54,290 nt of DNA from Prorocentrum cordatum. Its lineage: Eukaryota. The position numbers were made by a program, and so were the translations under genes. Shown here piece after piece: positions 35,221 to 48,714 of the stretch. Every line of letters starts with the position of its first letter. The first letter of the stretch is position 1. The notes beneath the pieces are model-generated. The model did no database searches, had not been told where the DNA came from, and saw only the letters and a list, made by a program, of their open reading frames with translations. The stretch is from contig CAUYUJ010000253.1 of NCBI GenBank assembly GCA_963575745.1, positions 62,001-116,290 of the forward strand, in the 5' to 3' direction.

Positions 35221-37544
35221 AGACGAGGCCTCGCAGGAATCCCGCTCCTCCTTCCCGGGCCGCTCGAGACGGACCGCGTCAGCGGTGTCTGTTTTCAGGG
35301 CTTCTTTCTGGCATTGCAGCGTTGCCCAAGTCGGGGAGGGTTGGGTTCGCCAGGCCAGTGGCCAGAGTACCCGTCAGTAAAGTCCCCGTGAAAGCTGCCG
35401 GAAGTTGCCCATTTCTAGTGTCTCTTTCTGGCGTTGCAGCGTTGCCCAAATCGGGGAGGGTTGCGTTCGCCGGGCAGTGGCCAAAGTACCCGTCAGTGCA
35501 GTTCCCATTCAACAGGCGCGGACCGCGTGTTCCGCCGACGTCCCGCCCGCGCTCGCTTTCAGGGCCGCCCGCGCGCCCGCCCGGCCGGTCCCGGGCGGGG
35601 GGGGAGTCCGCCATCAGAGGAGCAAGACGTCATCCTAGTGATGAAGCGCCCCAAGATCTCAGGGGAGGAAGAAGTACACGCACCTCTACCCTTCCCTTGT
35701 TTGCCCCTCCGTGGGCCTCTTTCGGAGGCCCTCGTCACCGCCGCTGGATTCGCCTCGAAATGCTGGTCAGAACGCACCCCATGAGAGGTCCAGGGAGTTC
35801 ACCACCCACCAAACCACCCCAACCCAACCCGAAGGCTCAAATTTACCCTCGATTTCTAGTGGGGGGGGGTCGGGAAACATCGAAAAAACACGCGTGGAAC
35901 CCTTACCCCCCCCCAACCCGAAATTCGGGTCTTCGGGTTGGGTTGGGGTGGTCTGGTAGGTAGTCAGGAGTAGTGGTATCTGTACCTCTTGGTTCTTCCA
36001 GATCTTCGACATTCCCAGTGGTGCCGCACAGGCTCCAGAAGCAAGGGCCGTGGGAGAATTGCATTGGCAATCCTGCGGCGCATCTCAGAAGCCGGGCGAC
36101 GGCTGGCAAGCCCGTGGCTGCTACAACGCAGCTCCGGGATTTTTTTTGTCTGGGAAGCAGCCTGGTTACTATTTACACCCTAGGCGATGCTTAAGAAAAC
36201 TTAAGTTTTCGGCGAGGGTCTCGATGATTCTTAATGTTTCAATGTAAATCCTAAGATTTTGATAGAAGCTCTGGGTTTTTATTCAAATTCTGAGACTCTG
36301 AGTTTCTTAACCCATGATTTCTTAAGCATTTCGCAGGGTGTAGGGCTCTGAGCTTGATTCTTTCAATTTGGCTTTCCTCTTCCGGGAAGACCGTTTTAGC
36401 AGCCACGGATTTGCCAGCCCTCGCCCAGCTTCCGAGCATCCTGAGAACCAATCGCACATCATGACGTCACTCTCGTGCCAGACCCGCCCACCCGTCAGTT
36501 CCCGCCCGTCCGCCAGCCCGGGCGGCCCCGGGGGGAGCCCCCCAGCCTTGAGAGAGTCGGCGTTGCGAGCACAGAAGTTCGGGGGCGGCCAGGAGGGGGG
36601 GGATGATTGGGAGGGGTGCCTATCAGGCGGGGGCCATGAGTCAGGAGGGGAAAAACAACCACCCAGACACAAGCAATCGTCGAATCCCAGGGGAATATGG
36701 AAAACTCTGGGAATTCGGGGGGAAGCCGAAAACCCTGAAAGAATGGAAAAGTATTGGGGAATCCTGGGATTTGTGTTTATATATTCACTTGCGTGTCCCA
36801 GGGCCCCTTCATTGAGATGCCCTTCTTTCGATGCGTCCCTGGCCGCCCCCCTGGGCCGCGCTGCCGCGGGTCACGATTTGCGCCCCCCACTCTTCCCTGA
36901 CCTTCCCGAGCGCTAACAAAAATCGCCCTCCAGACCTCTACATCTATCTGCTATTTGCACTGCTTAAGACCTCGGCTGGATTTTAGGTGTCGAGGTCCTG
37001 GTGCTATTTTGCTAGCCCTCGAGGAAGGTCTGGGTTGGACGCCCCCCGGGGCCTTTGGCCGCCCCCGAAAAGTTGAGCACCGCTGGCACGCGTCGCGACG
37101 GGAGCCCTAGCCCTCCTCTCTCTTCTGCCTGTTTCGCGCCGGCTCGATCTGTGACGGCCCCGGGGCCTTCAAGATTCAAGCAGTGCCGAGGCGTCCCGGC
37201 TCGCCTCTAGGCCCACCAAGGGATGCTCTAAGAACTTTTTTGTGGTGTGTGTGTGCGAAATGTTCTTAGACCATTTCTAGTTGATGCTGTCTTGACTTAG
37301 CACATCGGGGCCATGTTCTAAGAACATGGTTTTTGCTCTCAGAATATCCAGGGGTTCTAAGAACATGGCATGGTAGGCCTGTCGGATTTCTGGGGCGGTC
37401 GGTTCCGGCTCAAGAGATGGGCGAGTGCCCCCGGCGTAAAGAGTTTTTGAGGCGTCTGGAGCTCGGGGAGGACCCGCTGCCTTCCAGTGACCCGCCCCTC
37501 TGGCCCACCATGATGATGTTGATGCTGATGATGATGATGATGCT

Positions 37545-37610
<66 letters not shown>

Positions 37611-37639
37611 GATGATGATGATGTTGATGATGATGATGC

Positions 37640-37722
<83 letters not shown>

Positions 37723-40700
37723 GGACAATTCATCGTCGATTCCCCCGAAAATATGGGACACAATGGGAAGTGGGGGGGAGACAGAAACCCAGAAAACATG
37801 GGAAAATATGGGGAATATTTTGTGTGTGTGTATTTATTTGTGTGTCCCAGGGCCCCTTCTATGGTCTCTCCCCCGAGTGTGTAGGCTCGTGGCAGTGCTC
37901 GGTCCCCGAGGCAAGATCTGCAGGGGGGGGGGGGGGCTCCCGCCGTGGCGGCGGGGGGGGGGCGCCGCCCCCAGGAAGGACCAGCAGAAAAAAGGTTCAG
38001 AGCCGCGCAGAAGCACTCCGGCCCTCGACTCCAGTCTGAAGTCGGGCCTGCGCCCTCTCCAGGGGGAATGTTCAAACATAGGAGGGGAAAAAACACACAG
38101 ACACAATTAATCGTCGATCCCCCAGAAAATATGGGAAAATATGGGAAGTGGGGGGAAGACAAAAACCCAGAAAAATATAGGAAAATATAAGGAATAGTTT
38201 TATTTGTGTGTATTTATTTGTGTGTCCCAGGGCCCCTTCACAAACATAGTCAAGAAACACCCTGCTTGCCTCCAGGGTGCCCTGGGCTTCTTGGGTCTCG
38301 ATGTTTTTTTCCACGGGGAGCGTGACGCTCCCACGCCAAAAATCCATGGACGTCCTAGGGTCTCGGGGTTGGGTTTCTCGTGGGAAGGTCTCTTGTGGAC
38401 TGGCCTTGGGTCGGGCCTGGCCCTCTACAGGGGGAATATTCAAGAATAGTAAAAACATGGTCGGGGAAATATGTTTTGAGCATTTGTTTGTAACCATTTG
38501 GGGACATGTTTGGGAGTATTCTATTTTTTTCCGTCGAAAGCCCCCCCTGTAGGGGGACGCGCCCGACTTAACTCCAGTCGGAGAAGAACAGAAACACATG
38601 AGCATGAACGAACACTCCGAGAGACTCCGACGCTCGACTTCAATCGAAAACGTGCCCCCCCTCCTCCATGGATCGCCCCCCTCGAACCTCGAGAAAGCGA
38701 GACTCTCGAACCTCGAGAGAGCATGAACATAGGACCTCGAACCTCGAGAAAGCAAGCCTCTCGATCCTCGAGAAAGCAAGCCTCTCGTTACTTCGAAGAA
38801 GAACAAACCAACACCGGCATAAGCATAAGCTTTTGGCGCTCCGCGCGGAGTTCTTGGATCGGCGCTGGGTCCCCCTGGCGGCGCCTCCGGCGCCGCCACT
38901 GGCGCGTTTCGCGCGCCCGGGAGGGGGGTCTGGTGCGGATCCAAGAAATCCGCGCGGACCTCGAAAAGTTTATGTTTTTGTGGTTTTGTTGTTCCTATTC
39001 AATGGAGGCAGGCATAGAGTGGGGACCCATGCCAAGAAACACCCTGCTTGCCTCCAGGGTGCCCTGGGCTTCTTGGGTCTCGATGTTTTTTCCACGGGGA
39101 GCGTGACGCTCCCACGCCACAGATCCATGGACGTCCTAGGGTCTCGGGGTTGGGTTTCTCGTGGGAAGGTCTCTTGTGGACTGGCCTTGGGTCGGGCCTG
39201 GCCCTCTACAGGGGGAATATCCCAAAAATAGTCAAAAAATAGTCGGGGGACTATTTTTTGAGTACCTTTTGACCACTTTGGAGATTTTCTTAGATATTTT
39301 TTAGTTTTCCTCCAAAGTCCCCCTGTAGGGGGACAGGCCCGACTTAACAGTATCCGTACCCGCGCCCGCGCGGTCCGGATTCCGTGGAGCGCTTGCACGG
39401 ATGCGCGAACAAAAAGCGCTCCAGAGTTGCGCGGGTCGCGGCCCAGGGGGCCGAGCACGCGAGGTCGCGGATGCGCATATGGTTCTAGACGGGCGAGCAA
39501 AGCGCTGATTCACGAAGGTGAAGCAAAGTTAGCTTTGTCTGCCCCATTCCTGTGCTGGTTTCCTGCCCTCTGCTTCTGTCTCGCCCCCCTTGCGCCGCTG
39601 CAGCAGTATCGGTCAGCGCGGCGAGGTGCCGCTGCACCTCGCTCGTGTCACTGCGTCTGTCTGCGCAGTGTACAAAGAATGGGCGGGGAGCGGGCTAACC
39701 CCCAGACCCCTAGGACTAAGTCGGGCATGTTCCTCTACAGGACGAGTCCCCTTGAATTGGAACAGCAGTCTGGGGACGATTCTCATGTTTATATATATAT
39801 ATATATATGTTTTTAAAATAAAAAACTTGTGTTTGATGTTTTGACTGTGTTTCACATTTCTTTCAAACTCCGCCTGTAGGAGGACATGCCCGACCTAACC
39901 CTGGGGGGGACGGATGGGGGCGATGGGCGCGTGTTGTCGGATGGGGGTCCTCGCTCGAACGGGAGCCTCCCCCGCGGTCCGACAGCCCGCGCCCATACCC
40001 ACAGCCGGTCCTTCCTCCTCCGACCCCCCGAAGGGTATGGGCATGTGTTGTTCGGTCGTCGCTTCTCGCCCACAAGCGAGGGCATTTGAGGACACGTGTG
40101 ACCACCTTTTCCGTGGCCCGCCGAATTCGGGGTTCGGATGTGGGGGGCGTTTGCGCTGTGGGCAGGGGGGGGGTTCAGGACGGACTCGCGTGGCCGCCTG
40201 TTCCTCGGGCCTCCGGATTTGAGCTTCGGAAGTGGGGACGTGTTTGCGTCGTGGGCAGGGGGGGCGTTTGAGGGGACGCCGTGTGGCCACCTTTTTCCTC
40301 GGGCCTCCGAACTGGAGTGCCGCGCCCGGGAGGTGGACCAGGTGGCGAACAAGCTGTCGGTCATCGGGGGCGGCGAAGAGGGGGGTGATGACTAGGGGGG
40401 GGTGGATCTCATGGCGTGGGCCATGATATTTCCCCAGATTTCATGGCGCCTCTTCTTATGTCATTACGTCCCTGGCCCCCCCCACGCTGGGCCGCGCACG
40501 TGCCGCCGGTCATGATTTGCACCCCCCCCTCTTGGACATCCCCCTCTTGGCCGCTCCCGAGGTCAGCGTGGAGGTCCTGGAGTCCATCTGCGAGCTCGAG
40601 CGGCCCGCCGCGCCGAAGCCGGGCTCCGAGGAGGAGGCCGAGGCGGCGGCCGCGGCTCTGGTCGCCGAGGCTCGCTGTGCATCCTCGGGGGGCCTCTCCT

Positions 40701-43700
40701 GAGGGTCCGATGTTCTACCTCCACTACCACAGGTAGAAGAGGGAGGAGGAGGAGGAGGAGGAGGAGGAGGAAGAGGAGGAGGAGGGGAAGGAGGAGGAGC
40801 AGGGGGAGTAGGGGTGAAGGGGGGGTCGCGGTTTGGAGGGGCAGTAGGACGGAGAGGAGTGCCGGAGGAGATAGGAGGACGGCAGAGTAGGACCATGAGG
40901 AGGAAGAGGAGAGGAGGGGAAGGAGGAGAGCAGTGGGGGGGGGGGGGGGGTGAAGTGTGAAGAGGGGGATGGGGGCTGTGGGGACGGGAAGGAGAACGAG
41001 GAGGAGGGGGAGGAGGAGGAGGAGGAAGGCCCTCCCCCGTCCTGCCTATGGCAGTGGTGGTGGAGCAGGGGCCCATCATGCCCTCCTGGGCCTCCCGAAC
41101 TCGGGCCGAGGCAGACGGGGTCGGTGGCTTGCCCCGCGTCGCCGAGGCGTCGGCCATGCGGCTCGACTCGGAGCCCGATGCTCTCCAGGCCGGCGTCGCC
41201 GATGCACCGCCCACAGGCCGGCGGTGCAGCGGCGAGGCGGTGCCGCCCGCCGGCCCCCCGGCCGGGAGAGGCCTCCCGTGCTCCCGTTGCCGTGAGCGGC
41301 AGCCTCTTCTCCTGGTGCTCCGCCGTCGGTGCGCCGCGGACTCGGCGCGGCCCCGTTCGCGGAGGAGGGGGCGTCAGATTGTCTGCTGATGGATGATGGG
41401 GAGGAGGAGGAGGGAAGGGCGAGGAGGAGAGTGGAAGGATGTGGGCGGAGGAGGGGAGGAGCGAGGGGAAGTGGAGGGGGGAGGAGGGTTTAGGAGGGAG
41501 GAGGAGGAGGAGGAGGGGGCACTGCGCGCACTGTCGGTGGACCGCCCCCTGTGCGGCCAGTGGTTCTTCTGGCACGCGCGGTGGGACTCGACCACAAGGA
41601 GCCTTCCGCGAGAGACCCAACCCGGAGACCCCAGGAGGTCCACTGATGTCTGGTGCTGGGGCGTGACGCCTTCCATGGCACAACCATCGAAACCCAAGGA
41701 ACCCAGGGCACCCTGGAGGCAGGCAGGGTGTTTCTTGGCACGGGTTTCCCTACTGAACTTCGATGTGGGTGGGCCGCGGACTCGGCGGCCGCCGCGCCCC
41801 CGGGCGCCGAGGCTGACTTTTGCATCCTCGGGGGGGAACCGTTCGCTCGCTCGCAGGGCGCGTCGGCGCAGCAGGGGAAGCGTGCTCGCCGCGCAGGGGG
41901 AGCGGCAGTCAGGGCTCACGCCCAAGTTTCCATCGGGCCAGTGGAAGGGCAAGACTGTTTCTCCACTGTTTGTTGCTACGTGTGCTGTCCATGTGCGGGA
42001 AGCCGAGGGTGCCTGAACAACACCTCAGCGCCTCCTATAAATGGCAGTCTTTTCCGGCACTCCGACGTGGGTTCGATGCAGATTCGACGTAAATCCTTGC
42101 CGGATCCGGCACAGATTCGACGCGAATTCGACGTGTACGACAGGCACTCGGCATGGATGCGGCACGCATGGTGGGCGCGAGGGGACAGGCGAGGACCCCC
42201 ACGGATGCACCACGGCGAGGCGAACGGGGAGGAGCCGCTGAACGCCGCGTTCGTGCTGCACCGCCATATCTCGGCGGCGCCTCCGAGGGGTGGAGGTCTC
42301 GGCTTCAACGCTCGCGGCCTGCCGGCGTGCCCGTGGGCGCCCAGTGGTGTTATGTCGGGCGTGTCCCCCTACAGGGGGATTTTCGACGAAAGATAAAGAG
42401 TACCCCCAAAACTACGCCAAAAAGGTTCAAAAGTACTCCAAAACACAGTCCCCAGTGTATGTTTGGGCTATCTTTGGATTATTTTTGGGGTATGTTTTAT
42501 TTTTCGTCGAACATCCCCCTGTGGGGGGACAGGCCCGACTTAACAGTGGTGGTGCTTGCCCGGCCTCGGGGTGCCTTTTTGGGCGGCCGCGCCTCGCCCG
42601 GAGGCGTTCCTCTGGGGGTGCACTGCCCGGCTCGAGCCGAGCGGCCCCGGCAGGGCCGCGCTGCAGCCGGGGCGCCGTGGCGGGTCGGCCCTGCAAAAGG
42701 CTGTTTTTCTTTGCGGAGGTGGATCGACCTCCTACCCTGACACGTCGATTCGTGACTTGGTCGTTTTCGGTTCGCGAGAGGGCGTCGCGGCCGTTCTTTT
42801 TGCGGGTCTAGGTCCCTCGGTTTCGGTCCCAGGTCGTTTCCCCTAAAGGGAGGTTTGCTGAAGGGAGGTTTGTCCACCGCCGATTTTTAGGGTCTGGTGA
42901 TAGCCCGGCTTATCATGCATGCCCCCCCTCCCCCCCATCTCGGATAACCTAACCTTGCCGGCTGTGCAGGTCCGGGGAGGGGGGGCGCGGGCATATGCAA
43001 GACTGCCCACAACGCGAAGGTTGTAGGTTATCGTCCGGCCCCCTCCTCACCCCCCCCCCGCGGATAACCTGGGTTATCGCCGACGCCGATTCAGAAAAAA
43101 AGTGTTTTTTTCGGGTTCGGCGTTCGCGGGGCTGAGGCGTGCTCGTTGGCGCCCGGTGGGGTCTGCCCGGCCTCGGGGTGCCTCTTCGGTGGCTGCGCCT
43201 CGCACGGAGGCGTCTTCAGGCGGGTTTGATGGGCCTGTTTTCCACCACCACCACCATCATAAATTGGAGGGGGAGTGGGTCCTCTTCCTCCTCCTCCTCC
43301 TCCTCCTCCTCCTCCTCTTCGTCCTCCTCATCCTCCTCCTTCCCCCCTCTCACTTATGGTGGTGGTGGTTGTGGAAAACAGGCCCATCAGGGTTGCCCGC
43401 CTCGACCCGCACGGCCCTTGCAGGGCCGAGTTTTGCAGTCGGGGCGCACTGGCAGGCCGACCCTGCAGAAGTGAGGGTGCCCTTGCGTCAGGCGATCGCC
43501 AACATGGATCAAGGGAACGTGGATTAGCGACGGGTCCCGTTTCCATGTTGAATCGTGGATTCCCGCCGCTGAACGAGGCGGGGCACCTCCCCCGATCCAT
43601 GGATCAGGCGATCGCGCGCCAAATCCATGGACCGCCAATCCATGCTTGCGCGCCCCCGATGGTGTCCTGTCCGTCCCTTCTCGTGGCCTCCTGCGCGTTC

Positions 43701-46700
43701 GGACGGAGGGCGCCCCTGTTGGAGGCCGTGCTGAGCCGTCGGAAGAGCCCCCGTGTCCCGCTGCGTGGCCTGTCGTGTGCGCCCCGACCCTGTGGCCCGA
43801 ACTGCCCGACGGCGAGGACCGTGCGAGAGGCGGGCCTCCTCGGAGGGCGGCGGGGTTTCTGCAAGGCCTCCGGCCTGCTGACCAGCTTCCGGAGTGCTGA
43901 ACAAGAGCCCTCCAGCCTCCAGACCTATCGACCTACCTGGACTGGATGGCAGATGTCGAGGCCCTCGAGGGAGGTCTGGGCCCTCGAGGGAGGTCTGGGG
44001 AGAGGCCCTCGAGGGAGGTGCCTGGTGCTATTTCTTGGCCCTCGAGGGAGGTCTGGGGAGAGGCCCCCCCCACAGCCGTGGCGGAGAGGCCCGAGCAGCT
44101 GCTCGAAGGAGGCCAGGGGCCTCTCCTGAGCCTGCTGGGAAGGAGCCTCCCCCCTTCGGGCATGGCCAGGACCCCAGGTAAGGAGGAGGGGGAGGAGGAC
44201 GAGGAGGAGGAGGAGGAGGAGGAGGAGGAGGAGGAGGAGGAGGAGGAGGAGGAGGAGGAGGAGGCCGAGCAGGAGGGGGGGGGGGGGGTGGGGAGGGGAG
44301 GGGGGATGGGGATGGGGAGGAAGCAGGAGGAGGAGGAGGAGGAGAGGAGGGGGAGGAAAGGAGGGAGGAGGAGGAGGAGGGAGGAGAGAAAGGGAGAAGG
44401 TTTGGAGGAGGAGGAGGAGGAGGAGGAGGGAACCGGTTAGTGGTAGGGCCCCGGAGCCCCTGAATTGGCCAGAATCACGAAACCAAGTTAGCCGACCCTT
44501 CCTGCCTTGCAGTCAGCTTGCATGGTAAGGATGGGCGACCTTCCCAAGGGTACGCGACAGTCGTTGAACGTAGGTATTGGGCTGGCCTCCGGCCAGTGCC
44601 GCCGATCCGGGGGGGCTCCGGAAGTGGAGTTTTCTATACCCCCCTGTCGCCGGGTACCGAAAAACGTCGGAAACGACGTCGGGAAATATCCCCGTGTACC
44701 GACAAACGTCGGACATGACGTCGGAAATGTCGTGCTCCTCCCCCCCCCCCTGCAGAGCGAAGCTTGAACGAGCTCAAGTCCACGCTCGCAGAAACTCACA
44801 CGCCGCATCGGCGGATTCTTGGATGTCCCACAGCCCAATCTGCTTCAGCCGTCCTCCTACTTCAACAATCGATCTGCTCTTGCTGCGTTGCGTTGATCTC
44901 TGGGAGGGCCTGAGCCCAATCTACTTGATCCGCCTTCCTACTTCGTGCTCTTGCCTGCTTCTCTCGACCGACGGATGCCCATGCATCTTTGCCACTTCGG
45001 CCCAAACCGTGGCCGCACACATTGGCCCACCTCGCTCGAGAAAAACCAGCGTGGCCCTCCAAGGCCCCTGTATTCCTGCCACGCAGCCTTCTGATGCGGG
45101 CTGGCTGAAGCCCCTCCTCCTCCTCCTCCTCCTCCTCCTCCTCTTCCTCCTCCTCCTCCTCCTCCTCCTCCTCCTCCGTACCGCGGGTTGGCTGAACCCC
45201 CCCCCGTTGGACGCGCCACCGAACCTCAACAACCGGGTGCTGCAGCAGGTCCGGTCGCAGGTGGACCACTTCAAGTCGCGCACGGTGCGCGGGCGCGAAG
45301 GGCGGGGGCCTTCCTGGATCGGTATCGGTTAGCCGATTCCCATCCCCATCTCCATCCCCTTCGAGACCCCCACCAAATTACCACCCCAGTTTGGGATACA
45401 CCCCTCGAAACTCGAAGAGAACGACGCCAGTGGGGCCCAGGCCACGCCGCTGGGGATGAGGATCGGTTAAACGATACTCACTGGAGGATGCGGGAATCGT
45501 TGAGAACGAAAGGACTCTCTCCTTACCCTGATGACACGATGGATCCATGGAAACGTGGCCTCACCGAGGCCCCCGCCTTCACATCGGGGATGGTACATCT
45601 GGGCGGTCTGGCCGCCTGTAGACAAAAAAAGACCCCATATCTCTGCAGTTTCTGCCCCCCCTAACTTAGGTTCCTCCTCTAAAGGGTTAGGGGTCCTTCT
45701 TTGGTCCATCAGGAAAGGTGTCTGGGAGGTGCTTTCCCGCTTTCGGCCTCCCGGGGGGGGCCCTTCTGAGGCCGCTGGGAGACGACCCAGGATGGAAAGC
45801 GGGTCCCATCGGGGGCGACGTTGCGGGGAGACAAGCTCAGGGAGGAGGTTTGCAAATCATGGGAGCTTGGTATACCCTCTTAATTCTTTCTTCAGCGTGG
45901 ATTAGCGTCTGGGAGTCGATGGGATAGCGCCGATTCAGCGCCCGCCAGTGCCGATGAATCGTCGATCCAGCGTCGATTTCGCGTCGATTTCGCGTCGATT
46001 TCGCGTCGAGTCGCAAGCGCCGACAAGATGGTTTGGGAGGATTCCACGACTTGCCTCCGAGCAAGGATGGGGGCTGCAGCTGCCCCTGCTCGCCCCTCGA
46101 CCGCCTCAAGGGCGCCCGACAGCTCGCCCCGCCCGGCACCCTGCGGATTCGCTGTCGGGGGCCTGTCGCCGATTTGTGGCCGATTCCAGGCCGATGCCCC
46201 CCCCTCCTCCTCCTCCTCCTCCTCTCCTCCTCCTCCTCTCCTCTCCTCCTCCTCCTCCTCCTCCTCCTCCTCTCCTCCTCCTCCTCCTCCTCCTCCTCTT
46301 CTCCTCACTCCTCCTCCTCCTCCTCCTCCTCCTCTCGTTCCCTCCTCCTCCTCCTCCTCCTCCTCCTCCTCCTCCTCCTCTTTCTCCTTCTCCTCCTCCT
46401 CCTCCTTCTCCTCCGTTCTTTTCCTTAGACATAATTTCTCCTTGTCGCACCCCGAGGCCAGTCTTTCGGGCGGACCGTGCGTTTCGCCTGAGACTTCTTT
46501 ACCATTTATGACTCTGAAGTTTAAGCTTGGCAATAGTTAACCGATGGAGGGCGGGTGGTTTTCAAAATGTGGCCCAGCGCCGCGCACATTCGATGTCAAA
46601 AATTCAAGAGCTTCACGGATTGAGGAAACCCCGTTTTCGAAAATGTGGCTCTCGCCTTAGCGCTGCGCACATTCGTTTTAACCATTTGCAAGAGTTTCAC

Positions 46701-48640
46701 GGATTGAAGTCGGCTCCTTTTCAACATGTCGTTCTCGCCTTAGCGCCGCGCACATGAGTTGTAAACATTTGCCAGAGTTTCACGGGTTGAGGGCAGCTCT
46801 TGTTCAAATGTAGTTCTCGCCGTAGCGCCGCGCATATTCGTTGATAAAAATTGCAAGAGTTTCACTGGTTCCCACGATCAGCGTACCAGAAATAGTGTTT
46901 TGGACGGATTCAGGATTCTGCGGGTGCAAGAGTTACGTTGGTTCGCGGTGTTGGAATCCCAAGAATGGCGTTCTGGCACGATCCAGGATCGTCAAGACGC
47001 AACAGTCAGGTTGATCCGTGGCGTTGGAATCCCAAGAACAATGTTTTGGCATGCTTCCGGGTCGTCAAATGGTTGTCTTCCAACGAGGCAGATCCCTCAA
47101 TGGAACTGGCTCGTTGCAGGGGCTTATGAAGAGGGAGCTTGGAGGGAGGGTTCACTCCAACATCGTTGATGGCTCTTGGGTTTACACTGGTCCTCCTCCC
47201 CTTCCCCTCCTCCTCCTCCTCCTCCTCCTCCTCCTTCCTCTCCTCCTCCTCCTCCCCTTCCCCTCCTCCCTCCTCCCTCCTCCTCCTCCTCACTCCGCCC
47301 TCCTTCGCCTCCTACCGCCTCCTCCGCCTTCCCTCCTCCGCCTCCTCCTCCCTCCGACTCCTCCTCTTTCCCTTCCTCGTCCTCGTCCTGCTCCTTCCTT
47401 CTCCTGCTCCTCCTCCTCCTCCTACTCCTCCTCCTCCTCCTCCTCCTCCTCCACCTCGTCCTCCTCCCTCTTCCCTCCTCCCTCCTCCTTGGGCTGGTCT
47501 CTCCCCCCCAAGCGTTGCCCAAGGCATTGTCTGCTGGTTCCTAATCACCTGGGCTTTCTGTCGGCCGTTCGGGGCGGTCCAGGAGCCCCCGGAAATGCTC
47601 TCCGCGAGGCGCAGCCGCTGTTAGCCACCCCGAGGCGGGAAAGCCGCCGAGATCTCACGAAAATGCACGACGACCTCAAACCTCGAAGCCTTTCATCCTC
47701 GGGCCCTGCGCCTCCTCCTCCTCTTCCGCCTCCTCCTCCTCCGACTGCTCCTCCTCCTCCTCCTCCTCCTCTCCCCCGCCCCTCCCTCCTCCTCCTCCTC
47801 CTCCTCCTCCTCCTCCTTCCTCCTCCTCCTCTCCGCCTCCTCCTCCTCCCCCTCCTCCTCCTCCTCCTCGCGCCCCTGAACCTGACCTCGGGCGCGTCCG
47901 CCCGGAGCTCGAAGTCGCCCCCGCCCGCGGGCCGCGAGGGCGCCCCAGACGTCCCACGAGCTCCCGAGAACGGCGAGCGCCCCTCGCGATCCTCTGCGGG
48001 CGCCCGAGGCCAGGGCGTCTCTGCCTCGGTCCATGTGGGCGTCGTCGCTCCTCCCTCCTCCTTCCTCCGCTCCTCCTCCTCCTCCCTCCCCTCCCCTCCC
48101 CTCCCCTCCCCTCCCCTCTTCAGAAACGGAAATGGCTCCAAATATAGCTTTTGAAACTAGTTTTTCCTCGTGATTCCGCGGGGGCAATCAACGGGGGGGC
48201 AACGAGGGCTACAGGACAGGACTCACGAGTGGGCCTCCAGGGCCCGAAACGTGGCCCTTCCCCCCTCCCCCCCTCCTCCATGGATCGCCCCGTTTTCATT
48301 TTTCGTCCAAAATCTGCCTCTAGGGGGACATGCCCGACCTGACAATATCAAACCTTTGATCTGCATGATGTGATCCAGTTTTTTTGCCAGTGGTGCGTGT
48401 GAGCTTTCGCCGGTCTCGCCGGCTCTTCAGACTGGCCTGGGCCCGGCGAGGCCAGCCGGGACTACCAGGGGGGGGCTGTCTGCGCGCAGCTCGAAGCCCT
48501 ACCTGCAGGTGGGTTCGGTCCACCCCTCGCGTTGCTCCTTCTTCCCAGATCCCCGACGCCGAGGAGGAGGAGGGGAGGAGGAGGAGGAGGAGGAGGAGGA
48601 GGAGGAGGAGGAGGAGGAGGAGGAGGAGGCGAGGGAGGAG

Positions 48641-48714
<74 letters not shown>

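Noticed and set aside
37333..37884. Poly-Met / poly-His ORFs
   Set aside because: (ATG)n microsatellite plus an element A fragment.
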